From the sequence record ON529850.1: DNA of 64,000 nucleotides; one strand, given 5' to 3'. The translations under genes and the position numbers were made by a program. The notes under the pieces are model-generated. The model was not told where the DNA came from and made no database searches. It saw only the letters and a list, made by a program, of their open reading frames with translations. Of this stretch, positions 55,412-64,000 are shown one piece after another (position 1 is the first letter of the stretch; every line of letters begins with the position of its first letter).

Positions 55412-55632
55412 CGGGCTTTCGGGGCGGCTGCAAGGCGAGCCGCCCGGCGCGCTGCCAAGCGTTCCGCGATCGCCCTGATTTTCTCCCGCGACGGGCGCGG
55501 CGCGCTGCGCCCCTCCAACTCCACGGGGTCGCAGACGGTTTCCGGATCGACATAGGGGGAGCCGTCCGGGTTCACGTTGCCCACCAGCTTTTCGAGTTCG
55601 TGGGCCAGCGCCTCGCGCTCATCCTTGTTCAT
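55408..55632 (-). CDS. Hypothetical protein (passenger)
   Basis: GGAGAAGG RBS; convergent with arsH. Confidence 0.45.
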   Translation of the reverse strand: MNKDEREALAHELEKLVGNVNPDGSPYVDPETVCDPVELEGRSAPRPSREKIRAIAERLAARRAARLAAAPKAR

Positions 55633-56165
55633 CGAGCCTTCTCCGACGTCGCTTCACTATACCAAGGAGCCATCGCATCAGCAATTGCGCCTAATTTCAG
55701 TCGATCCGCGCAACCACACCTCTGCGTCAAGATCATATGGCGGATATACAGTCAGGCGACGATACAATTATGGTTAACGCCGAGTCCAGAGGAATTGTAG
55801 ACGCCCGTAACAATTAGCCAGCGCCAATATTCTTGGCAATTATGTAGTAGATTGCCTGACCTATAATTAGCCAAATTCCGATCTGGATAGTAATCGCTTC
55901 CTGAATAATTAAGCCGTCACCGGTTCCGGCTCGCACAAGCCCGCCGAAGGAGGGCGTGGACAGCGCCCTCGAACGTGGGCGAGCAAACGCATTCGCGTCC
56001 GTGCAGCGAGCCGACAAATTGATGGGTTCCGTTCAGCCAGCGGCGCCTGACGGCGAGCCCTGGAATGGCGGCGGAGATTTGATCGGTTCTGTATCGCATT
56101 GGGACAGCCCTTCGGTTCAAGTCCGAAGGTCGTGTCGCTGCACGGCACAGCGCTCAACGCCTCAT

Positions 56166-56192
56166 TTCAAACTGTGCCACTACCCACACTCG
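56166..56192 (-). repeat. Right TIR plus TSD
   Basis: TTCAAACTGTGCCACTACC|CACACTCG. Confidence 0.9.
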
Positions 56193-56194
56193 TA

Positions 56195-58666
56195 TTAGTG
56201 GGTCTCGGACCACCTACGACCGAACTTGACGTCGACGTCGACGGGGCAGCGGAAACCGAACTGCATCCCGGCGTCATAGGCCGCCGCTTCGATGTTGCGT
56301 TCGCAGATTTCCCGGATACGGGGATCGTCGCGGACCGCCACCTGAAGTTCGTCGTGAATCCAGGCGACGATCGCGAAATCGCCGTCCCAGCCGTGAGTGA
56401 GGCCGTCTTCCAGGCAGTATTCGTGGAAGTTCACACACCACTGCTTGGCGATGGTCGCCCCGGCGCCTTGCAACAGGGTGTTGAGCGCGGCGTGCTGGGC
56501 GCGCACGAACAACTTGCGCCCGTCCAGCGCATCCAACATGCCCGACCGGGACTGACGCTGGATGTTCTTGACCACCTGGCCCAGAGCGGGAATTCGCGTC
56601 ATGAGGCGGCGGCGCATTTCGGCGCCGACCGACTTGGCCTGGGTCGGCTTCAGCGCCAACGCCGGATCAATGACCGTGCCCAGCTTGAAGTCCTGGGCGC
56701 CGTAGATCAGGGCGTAGATGAAGGTCTTGGCGGTGTCGCGGTTGTTCAGCTCCAGAACCGAGGTGTGCAGGTCGTGCGGGTCGGCGTCGACCACCAGGCG
56801 GGCATAGACACCGTCATCGTACTCGGCCATGAAGTGACCGAGCGCGCGCAGTTCGATGCCCTTCTGGTCGGCGCCCATCAGCACCCACCCTTCCGGCACG
56901 ATGAAGAGATTCCGGCTGTTCCAGCCGTGGTCCCCGCAACGTCCCTTGAGCATCTGCTTCTTGGTCGCCACCTTGCCGTCTTCGATCTCGTAGACGCCTT
57001 CGCGGCCGTCCAGCTGGATGATCTGGCGGTAGACGCCCTTCTCGTCGGTATAGCCGTCGAGCAGCTGCCCATCCGCGTCGAAGAGCGGCTCATTGGTCCG
57101 CACCTTCTTGGGCGTCCCGGCGATCTGTTCGCCCGTCAGAGGATCGAGCAGCGGCGTGAGATCGGAGCGTTGATCGAAGAGACGAACGCCGTCCTCCTCG
57201 ACCCAATAGCCGTAGACGATCTTGCCCTGGACGAAATCGATCTCGACGCCGGGTTCGACCCACTGCTTCAGCTTCTTGAAGACGACGCGGGGGACCTGGG
57301 CGATGTTAGGGTTGGCGTGCGAGGCGCGATTGGTGACGGTCCCGCCGACGTTGAACGTGGCGTGAATCTTCCCGTCGCCGCGCTCCATCGCCTTGCCGAT
57401 CCAGCCGTTCTTGCCGTCGACAAGCTGGCCCAGGCGCTTCTTGTAATAGAAGAGCTCCGCCAGTTCGTCGCAGATCGGAATGGTCTGGGCGAGGTCGCGC
57501 AGGATTTCATCGTTAACCGCGATGCCGCCGGTCTCGGTCCGATCCCGATCGTCGTGGTCCCAGCCGTAGATTTTCTCCAGGCGGTCGATGATCTGGGGAC
57601 GCGACGAAGGGTTGAACTCCTTGAGCTCCACCGGGCAATAGGCGCACCCGGCCTCCTTGTCCGCCTTGCCCGATCCGGGCTTGAACTTCATCGACTTCTT
57701 GGGGACGGTGATCTCGCCCCAGTTGTGTCGCCCAGCGTCCTCGCCGTGCTCGCCGCGCGGTTCGAACTCCTTCTTGGTCTTGACGATCTTGCCGGCGTCA
57801 TCCAGCTGCGGCTTGCCCGTCTCAGGATCGATGACCTCGACGGTATAGGCCTTGCCGATCGTCTTCCATTTGGACGGCACCCACCAGCTGCCGAAGTGCG
57901 CGATCGCCTTGGCTTCCTTCTCCGCCACGACCGCACGCAGTTCCGCCTCCAGGGCGTAGGCCTGCTCCATGTCGAAGGGGAAGCCGTTGTTGGTGACCTC
58001 CTCCATCAGGGCGTGGATGCGGTGTTCCAACGTGATCGACTGATCCGAATGGCGGCGCGGGTTGGCCTCCATCAGGCGCCACAGCGCCTCGTTGACGTTC
58101 AAGTCCTGAACGCAGTAGTCCTCCATCTCCTGGTTCCATTCGGACCAGACGAGTCGGATGATTTCCTGCTTGTCGGCGTCGGGGTAGAGTTTCTTCAGCT
58201 CTTCGGCGCGGGTCTTGGAGTAGTCGCCCTTGTGATGGCCCAGGCGCTGACCCCAGGCCTCCAGGCCGTGACGGCCGATTTCCTTGCCTTCGATCTCCCC
58301 GCGTTGGAAGCGCCTAAAGTCACGCTCCTTTTCATCAGCGAAGAAAACTCGACTGAGGACGAGAGTATCGCGAACAAGAGCGTTGCACTGATACTCAGGG
58401 TAAAGAAGTTCAATCACCGGAATATCGAATCCGATGATGTTGTGCCCGACAAGAACGTCAGCTTCCGCCAACATCTTTACACCACGGGCGATCGAGTCTT
58501 GCCGCTTATTCTTGCGGAAGACATGCGTGACCCCCGTGTCGAGGTCGCGAATAGCCAGAATATGGATGCGGCTCAGGACATCGTTACCTTTGTGCTGCTT
58601 CAGGTAGGGCAGCAGTCCGGTGGTTTCGATGTCGAAGAGATACGTCTTGCCGGGGGGCAGCAGCAT
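56195..58666 (-). CDS. polA: Family A DNA polymerase (T7 gp5-like) with 3'-5' exonuclease
   Basis: FDIETTG, GHNIIGFD, YCVQD, GADQKGIELR, AKTFIYALIYG, LNTLLQG, WIHDE. Confidence 0.95.
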   Translation of the reverse strand: MLLPPGKTYLFDIETTGLLPYLKQHKGNDVLSRIHILAIRDLDTGVTHVFRKNKRQDSIARGVKMLAEADVLVGHNIIGFDIPVIELLYPEYQCNALVRDTLVLSRVFFADEKERDFRRFQRGEIEGKEIGRHGLEAWGQRLGHHKGDYSKTRAEELKKLYPDADKQEIIRLVWSEWNQEMEDYCVQDLNVNEALWRLMEANPRRHSDQSITLEHRIHALMEEVTNNGFPFDMEQAYALEAELRAVVAEKEAKAIAHFGSWWVPSKWKTIGKAYTVEVIDPETGKPQLDDAGKIVKTKKEFEPRGEHGEDAGRHNWGEITVPKKSMKFKPGSGKADKEAGCAYCPVELKEFNPSSRPQIIDRLEKIYGWDHDDRDRTETGGIAVNDEILRDLAQTIPICDELAELFYYKKRLGQLVDGKNGWIGKAMERGDGKIHATFNVGGTVTNRASHANPNIAQVPRVVFKKLKQWVEPGVEIDFVQGKIVYGYWVEEDGVRLFDQRSDLTPLLDPLTGEQIAGTPKKVRTNEPLFDADGQLLDGYTDEKGVYRQIIQLDGREGVYEIEDGKVATKKQMLKGRCGDHGWNSRNLFIVPEGWVLMGADQKGIELRALGHFMAEYDDGVYARLVVDADPHDLHTSVLELNNRDTAKTFIYALIYGAQDFKLGTVIDPALALKPTQAKSVGAEMRRRLMTRIPALGQVVKNIQRQSRSGMLDALDGRKLFVRAQHAALNTLLQGAGATIAKQWCVNFHEYCLEDGLTHGWDGDFAIVAWIHDELQVAVRDDPRIREICERNIEAAAYDAGMQFGFRCPVDVDVKFGRRWSETH

Positions 58667-58747
58667 GGGTCGTCAGCCGGATAGAAAGGAAGTCTTAGGC
58701 CGCAAGGCCAGGGCGCATGGAGGACGGGTTCGCCGTCCTCCGCTCAG

Positions 58748-59764
58748 TCACGTTCCCTCCGGTTTCATGACTTGCACGATACGCTCACCGATGAAGCGCA
58801 CGCAGGGAACCGCCAGGGAGTTGCCAATGGCGTGAAGCCGCTGGCTGACCGAGGCGCCGGGAATCAAGGACCAATCGTCCGGCATTCCCATCAGTCGTTC
58901 GCATTCGACCGGGGTCAGGGCGCGTACATCCCAGCGTCCCGTCTCGCGGGTCAGTACGAACGCCTTGTCCGATCCGCCCTGGGACGCGCGAAGGCAGTTG
59001 GAAATCTCGCCGCCCTGCTCGATCTGGGACAGGTTGACCGGACCGCCGCCGCGCAGCTTCCGCCCCCGAATCGCTACGGCGTAGGCAGGACCGTGAGGGC
59101 CTCGGTCATCTCCGGCGTCAAGGGCCGTTCCGCCCGACGGGCATTGAGCATCAGGGTCCTCTTGCGCGAGTCGCTCAAAGAGGATTTCGCGGGGGTCGGG
59201 TCCTGTTCGAGGACACGCGACAAGAAAGACCCGCCGGCGTTGTTGGGGGAGTCGGAAATGTTGAGCGTCAAGCACGCGCCAGGCGATGGCGCGCCGGGGA
59301 CCAAGCACATAACCTGCGTCCGTCCACCCAGACCCTGTCGGGAGCAGGGGTCCGAACTCGCCGCACAGGGCTCCGAGGAATTGTCCGAAGGCGTTTTTGG
59401 GGTCATTGAGTAGGCCGGTGACATTCTCGAAACAGAAGACTTTGGGGTCGATTTCATCCACCACGCGGATGCCCGCCAAGGTCAGGGAACCGCGCGCGCC
59501 ATCCACGCCGCGACCCTTGCCCGCTTCGGAGAAATCCTGACACGGGAAGGACGCCCACAGGACATCGACCTTGTGGGTGTATTGGGTCCCGTCGATCTTC
59601 AGGAGATCGCCGAGATTGGGGACATCGGGGAACCGATGCGCCAGGAAACGCGTGGGGAACGAGGCGTTGTCGGCGAAGAAAACCGGGCTCATGCCCAGTT
59701 CGTCCCACGCCAGAGACACCGCTTCGATACCACTGCACAGAGTGGCGTAGGACAGGGTGGTCAT
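58748..59764 (-). CDS. C5-cytosine DNA methyltransferase
   Basis: LCSGIEA, GDL, SFPCQDFS, FENV, QQRRRVF, RALTPVECERLMG, IGNS. Confidence 0.92.
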   Translation of the reverse strand: MTTLSYATLCSGIEAVSLAWDELGMSPVFFADNASFPTRFLAHRFPDVPNLGDLLKIDGTQYTHKVDVLWASFPCQDFSEAGKGRGVDGARGSLTLAGIRVVDEIDPKVFCFENVTGLLNDPKNAFGQFLGALCGEFGPLLPTGSGWTDAGYVLGPRRAIAWRVLDAQHFRLPQQRRRVFLVACPRTGPDPREILFERLAQEDPDAQCPSGGTALDAGDDRGPHGPAYAVAIRGRKLRGGGPVNLSQIEQGGEISNCLRASQGGSDKAFVLTRETGRWDVRALTPVECERLMGMPDDWSLIPGASVSQRLHAIGNSLAVPCVRFIGERIVQVMKPEGT

Positions 59765-59777
59765 GAGGGCGGTATGG

Positions 59778-60638
59778 TTAACGGTTGTTGTCGTTGGAGT
59801 CAAGATATGCCGGGATTTCCAACACATCTTCGGCGTCTTCGTCGAACTGTCGAACCGCCGCCTCCATCTGCCCCGGCCACACCTTGTCCGCCCAGCCATA
59901 CAGCGCGAGTGACGCCTTGCGGCAATCTTCACCGTGCAGGCCCTTCGGCAGGCCGGTGGGCCAGCGCGGCGGGAACGCCATGAAGGGAACGAAGGTCGGC
60001 TCGGGCTGCCCCAGGCGGGCGCCAAAGGCGATCGCCTCCAGCATGTTCACCGCATAGGACGGATCGCCGTATTGGCGCACGTTGGCGGCGTCGTAGAAGC
60101 CCATGCCGATCCGGATTTTCTCCAGGTCGGCGTCGTAGGACATCCAGACGAACCGTCCGTCGCCGAGTTCGACATAGTGCAGTTCCCAGTGCAGCGGATG
60201 GCTGAAAGCGTCAATGCGCGCGCGCGCCACCGCTTCGGCCATCTCCGTCACCGGTATGGCTTCGATCCCTTCCGCCAGCGGCAGGAACCGTCCCGCCGCC
60301 AGCACCAGTTCATCCTGGGTCGCCAGGAAATCCGCGTATTCTCCGGCCGTCTGTCCTTGACTGGACAGAGGATGACGCGGACTGTCCAGACGCTCCACGA
60401 ACCGCACCTGGGTCGGCTTCAACCGCTCCAGCCAACGCGTGAAGGCGTCCAGGTGCAGCTCGTGCACCTGGGGTCCGGTGATATGCGCCCTTTGGAGTTC
60501 GTTGTGCGTCTCCATGCCGGCGCCGACATGGAGGCTGTTACACTCGCCCATATGCAGGGCGAAAAAGAAGAACTGGGCGGCGGCGGTCCGTGACAGGGTC
60601 ACGCGTTCATAGACGTTGAGGTCACTCACAGCCGCCAC
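59778..60638 (-). CDS. Hypothetical protein
   Basis: Packed ORF in the replication operon. Confidence 0.6.
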   Translation of the reverse strand: MAAVSDLNVYERVTLSRTAAAQFFFFALHMGECNSLHVGAGMETHNELQRAHITGPQVHELHLDAFTRWLERLKPTQVRFVERLDSPRHPLSSQGQTAGEYADFLATQDELVLAAGRFLPLAEGIEAIPVTEMAEAVARARIDAFSHPLHWELHYVELGDGRFVWMSYDADLEKIRIGMGFYDAANVRQYGDPSYAVNMLEAIAFGARLGQPEPTFVPFMAFPPRWPTGLPKGLHGEDCRKASLALYGWADKVWPGQMEAAVRQFDEDAEDVLEIPAYLDSNDNNR

Positions 60639-62317
60639 TTATCCCCCTGCATGGTGATGATCTGCCGCTTGCCGTTGGCGAGCGTCACGACATGGCTGTG
60701 AGACCAGGACGACAGGCCCTTGTTGTAGCCCAGGTCCAGCTTGGAGGTGGTCCCCGCCACATAGGCCCCGTCAATGATCCGCGCCGAATGGGTGTGGCCG
60801 GTGGTCGACTTCGGCCCCATACGGGTAAACTGACGCGGATTCCCCCGCGCGCCGTTGGCGCCCAGATGCCCGTGCATGCCCTTTTCGATGTCCATCACCA
60901 TGAAGGATTCGTCTTCACGGAGGAACCGCACGCCGGCGCACTTCACATCGGGGAAATGCTCAGTCAGGACGTGCTCGAAGATGGAGAAGTCGTGATCCCG
61001 CTCCCGGATCGCCTGATAAGAGCGCCGCTGGCAGGCCAGGAAGAACTCGGCGTTGACAGGGTCGTGCCGGTAATCAGCCTCCTTCAACCAACGCCGAAGC
61101 GCCAGGTCATGGTTGGATTCCACCACCACAGTCTGACAGAAATCCCGCCGGGTCTTCTCAATGAAGACCCCGACCTCCTTCATCTCATCTTCCACCGTGT
61201 CTGCGCCCTGGCAGAACAGCTGGAACATGTGGTGGGGGTCGCGCAGGTTGTGGTGATTTCTTGCCTGGAAATCCGACACATCATGGAAGAACTGATACTT
61301 CGGCCGCAGCGTGTCCAGGATGGTGGGGCCATCCCACGACGACCAGGTCTTCTTGCCGTCACGTTCAACGGGGAACCAGCCAAAGCAGGCGCGCGACACG
61401 TCCGAATCAATCTGGGATGCGTGGAGGTCGCCCCAGTTCATCGCCACCACGCCCAGTCCGGTGGTGATTTTCGGCGTATTGCCGCGCGGAGAGTTGTCCT
61501 TGCAGGTCTTCACCAGGATGTCCAGGTCGATGAAGGAGCCATCGTCCTCCGCCTGGAGATGTCGAGCGAATTGACGCCCCTCCGAATCGATCTCGACCAG
61601 CACGGCGCCGATCGTATGGTGAACCGCCGCAGTGATGCCCGCCCGCTTCAGGACGTAGTTCGGCAACGTCACCGATCCCGTCGTCATCAGCATCTTGGCC
61701 GGCGAACCCTTCATCGTCGGGATCGAGTCCTGCTGCACCTTGGCGTGTGGGATCACACCCCAGCGATGCTTGGTATGGGTCTCAAACCCCGTCAGCGGCG
61801 TCTTGGCCGTCGGCAGAGTGTTCATCTCGCCGCAGAATTCCATCATCGCACCCAAGCGGACGCGCTTGTTCGTCAGGTAGGGCGTGATGCGGTAGTGCCA
61901 GGAAGGATCACGTTCGGCGCGGGCCGATTCATTGCGATCCTTCTCATGACCCCAATAGAGGCGCTTGTTGTAGACGTATCCCGAGACCATGATCTCGCAA
62001 GGCCCGTCCTTACGCAGATAGTCCCGATAGGCTTCCAAATTGGTCAGGAAGTCCTCATGGATCGCCGTTTCATCCTGGGCCGACGTCAGCAGAAAGCGAC
62101 GAATGCCCTGGTTGATCTCGATCACATGGGGTTCAGGCGGCGGGCGGAAGCTGTAGGGATCGCGGGTGACCTTGTTCAGCCGCAACTGCAAGGTCGAACG
62201 GGCGACGCCGTAAGCGCGGGAGAAGGCGCGCTGGCCGCCCATCTCGGTGACGATCCGGTCCAGCTCTTCCGGCGTGACCGAATCCAGATCAAAATGGCCT
62301 TTGGGCTCAACCGGCAT
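60626..62317 (-). CDS. Calcineurin-like metallophosphoesterase with N-terminal HTH
   Basis: WGDLH, FFHD, ESNHD, MHGH, GHTH; N-terminal QRAFSRAYGVARSTLQ. Confidence 0.75.
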   Translation of the reverse strand: MPVEPKGHFDLDSVTPEELDRIVTEMGGQRAFSRAYGVARSTLQLRLNKVTRDPYSFRPPPEPHVIEINQGIRRFLLTSAQDETAIHEDFLTNLEAYRDYLRKDGPCEIMVSGYVYNKRLYWGHEKDRNESARAERDPSWHYRITPYLTNKRVRLGAMMEFCGEMNTLPTAKTPLTGFETHTKHRWGVIPHAKVQQDSIPTMKGSPAKMLMTTGSVTLPNYVLKRAGITAAVHHTIGAVLVEIDSEGRQFARHLQAEDDGSFIDLDILVKTCKDNSPRGNTPKITTGLGVVAMNWGDLHASQIDSDVSRACFGWFPVERDGKKTWSSWDGPTILDTLRPKYQFFHDVSDFQARNHHNLRDPHHMFQLFCQGADTVEDEMKEVGVFIEKTRRDFCQTVVVESNHDLALRRWLKEADYRHDPVNAEFFLACQRRSYQAIRERDHDFSIFEHVLTEHFPDVKCAGVRFLREDESFMVMDIEKGMHGHLGANGARGNPRQFTRMGPKSTTGHTHSARIIDGAYVAGTTSKLDLGYNKGLSSWSHSHVVTLANGKRQIITMQGDKWRL

Positions 62318-63056
62318 AGTAGAGCTCCGCCTTGGCGTGAGGCGCCGTGATCGCCTTACGCCAGTCCCAGACATACCAGGCGTAGGAGAAGCGCGGGCTC
62401 TTGGACTCTTCGCCTTCCTTCTTCTCCACCCACACCGGACGGAAACGCAGGGTGATCTTGGCGATGAAGGCCGGATGGTCGATCAGATGGGCGCGGCCCT
62501 TGGCGGCGTCCCATTCATGGCGCATCAGCATGGCGACGTAGCCCTGCTCCGCCTCCATCAGTTCCAGGGCCTTTTCAACCGCCAGAACCGCTTCCTTGCC
62601 GTAAGGCGGGTTGGTGATGATGCAGTCCGGCCGGAACCCGAACGCCTCCTCGACATCCGACATGGAGATCGGACGTTCCGGGGCCGTTCCACCGGCTCCG
62701 TCGTCATAGACGCCCTCGGCGTTGGTCGCCTTGTCGATCGCCCGCTCCCAAGCGGCGACCGCAATTTCGTGACTATCCCCATCCGGGTAGATGTTGAAGA
62801 AGTCCAGCATCGCCGTCGGGTCGTGACCCTCGTAACGATGGATGTCGCTGGTCGCCGCCAGACGGCACAGAGGGCCGATCAGGTTGGCGATGGCGGCGTT
62901 GCCGGCGAAGGGCTCCCAAAACGCCATCTGCTCCAGGTCGTCTTCGACGACCGAGATATAGGCTTGGGTGGCGCGGGGAGGCGTGGGGTAGAAGTCCAGC
63001 GGATTGCGGGGGTAGTTCGTCCCGCCGAGCATGGCGGGGTCGCTTCGCGTGGTCAT
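62307..63056 (-). CDS. Putative N6-adenine DNA methyltransferase
   Basis: DFYPTPP, WEPFAG, IITNPPY. Confidence 0.78.
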   Translation of the reverse strand: MTTRSDPAMLGGTNYPRNPLDFYPTPPRATQAYISVVEDDLEQMAFWEPFAGNAAIANLIGPLCRLAATSDIHRYEGHDPTAMLDFFNIYPDGDSHEIAVAAWERAIDKATNAEGVYDDGAGGTAPERPISMSDVEEAFGFRPDCIITNPPYGKEAVLAVEKALELMEAEQGYVAMLMRHEWDAAKGRAHLIDHPAFIAKITLRFRPVWVEKKEGEESKSPRFSYAWYVWDWRKAITAPHAKAELYYAG

Positions 63057-63135
63057 GTGAAACCGGGGTAACGAGGAACAGGGCGACGCATCGGGCGCGT
63101 CGATCGACACCGTTCCTGTCACGAAATCCGAAGAC

Positions 63136-63152
63136 CGTCAAGAATTACAACA
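63136..63152 (-). promoter_or_regulatory. Second copy of the 17-bp promoter box
   Basis: Identical to 41216-41232. Confidence 0.6.
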
Positions 63153-63200
63153 TTCCTAGTCAGGTATGGCGGCATTCCCTATGTGCACAGCCATAAAGTT

Positions 63201-63235
63201 GAAAGGCCCCGATCTCGCGATCGGGGCCTTTTTCA
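63201..63235. terminator. Intrinsic terminator
   Basis: AAAGGCCCCGATC-TCGC-GATCGGGGCCTTTTT. Confidence 0.85.
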
Positions 63236-63782
63236 TCGTGGCGGGGGCCTCAGTTTTCATCGCGCCGCGAACGGTCACGATCCCGCATCTCTTCGCACCG
63301 GGCGGACCCGGACTACTTTACCGCCGGTCCCCATATGGCGAACCCCGGAGGCAGGGCCTCAAGCGCATCCTACCAGCGCCTCAGCGGTGTGTGAGGAAGG
63401 GCTTCTCACCTCACGATGAACAGTTCGGGCAGATCAGCGGTGCACCGCCGAACTGCCCTGGCAACGCCCGAAGACGCTGGGCGTGGGGAGAAGCGTCACG
63501 CCGGTCCCCGCGCCCCAGCATTACGCCGGCTTGTCAACGAAACGGCCGGTGGGGACTTGCCCGACCGGCCGCTCTTGATCAGGGGAGTGGCGTACCTGTC
63601 CCGATGATCGGTGTCGACGGCGCATGATCGAAGATCAGAGGAGCCGGTCGACTGCTAAACTAAACGCCCCGGCGTTCCAGCTGGGGCCTGCGTGTGGCCT
63701 TACGGTCCATACCGCCTTGGTCCGTTCCAGGAGCCATCCCGCATGTCGCGGTTGTCAGGGTAAAACGCACCTGACTGCGAAG
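63201..63782 (-). ncRNA. Candidate large structured ncRNA of about 580 nt
   Basis: TTGACA-16-TATAAT promoter and terminator bracket an ORF-free, hairpin-dense region. Confidence 0.55.
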
Positions 63783-63788
63783 GTGTGT

Positions 63789-63816
63789 ATTATAATGATA
63801 CAACGGTCGCTGTCAA
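63789..63816 (-). promoter_or_regulatory. Consensus sigma70 promoter
   Basis: TTGACA (63816-63811), 16-nt spacer, TATAAT (63794-63789). Confidence 0.85.
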
Positions 63817-63828
63817 GTTTTGAATCGT

Positions 63829-63999
63829 TCAATCCTCGACCGGGGCACAACGACGCCAGAGCCATGTCTTGACGCCGTCCTCGCTTTCGTAGAGGCCGTG
63901 CACCGGGCAATCCTGCCGAACGTAGTCCAGGACGGCGCCATCCGGCGCGTGCAGGGTGATCAAGAGGTGGTTTCCCGCCACCTGGCAATTACAGTCTTC
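63829..63999 (-). CDS. 3' end of a hypothetical protein (truncated by window edge)
   Basis: Open frame ...EDCNCQ...DCPVHG...APVED* ending at TGA 63829. Confidence 0.45.
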   Translation of the reverse strand, partial: EDCNCQVAGNHLLITLHAPDGAVLDYVRQDCPVHGLYESEDGVKTWLWRRCAPVED

Positions 64000-64000
64000 C

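Larger units (their letters stand above)
49531..56184. mobile_element. IS1-like transporter element (6654 bp) with arsenic-resistance cargo
   Basis: Perfect 19-bp TIRs GGTAGTGGCACAGTTTGAA (49531-49549; 56166-56184); 8-bp TSD CACACTCG (49523-49530; 56185-56192); internal DDE transposase. Confidence 0.9.

Noticed and set aside
55810-56120. Small ORFs near the right end of the transposon
   Set aside because: Short, AT-rich or lacking RBS, with no recognisable family; not called.
49531-56184. Composite transposon flanked by two IS copies
   Set aside because: Only one transposase and one pair of TIRs are present; no second IS copy or internal TIR was seen.

Overview
This window is 64 kb of a large, GC-rich tailed-phage genome. 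Gene content (rIIA/rIIB, T7-like family A DNA polymerase, RNR, ThyX, NAD salvage, alphaproteobacterial-type permuted tmRNA) suggests a phiCbK-like phage of Caulobacteraceae; this assignment is an inference, not a database result. Layout: (1) 1-8.7 kb rightward NAD salvage (NadM-Nudix, NAMPT), small ORFs, DNA ligase and YqeY; (2) 8.8-16 kb mostly leftward, with a large primase/helicase-like gene and a tyrosine recombinase; (3) 16-29 kb rightward rIIA/rIIB, Pth2, a nucleotidyltransferase, NADAR and an SNF2 helicase; (4) 29-34.5 kb a dense non-coding RNA district: three tRNAs, a circularly permuted tRNA-like RNA, a two-piece tmRNA, several unassigned structured RNAs, and a Ro60/TROVE gene preceded by six tandem Y-RNA-like elements; (5) 34.6-63 kb leftward regulation, nucleotide metabolism and replication genes (CI-like repressor, dUTPase, NrdB-glutaredoxin fusion, intein-containing NrdA, ThyX, dNMP kinase, RecD-like helicase, SSB-like protein with a UAG-repeat leader, exonucleases, DNA polymerase, three DNA methyltransferases). 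This block is interrupted by a 6.65-kb IS1-like transporter element (19-bp TIRs, 8-bp TSD) carrying an arsRC-acr3-arsN2-arsH operon. (6) 63.2-63.8 kb is a promoter/terminator-bounded, ORF-free, hairpin-rich unit of about 580 nt. All family calls come from motif recognition by eye and need HMM/CM confirmation.
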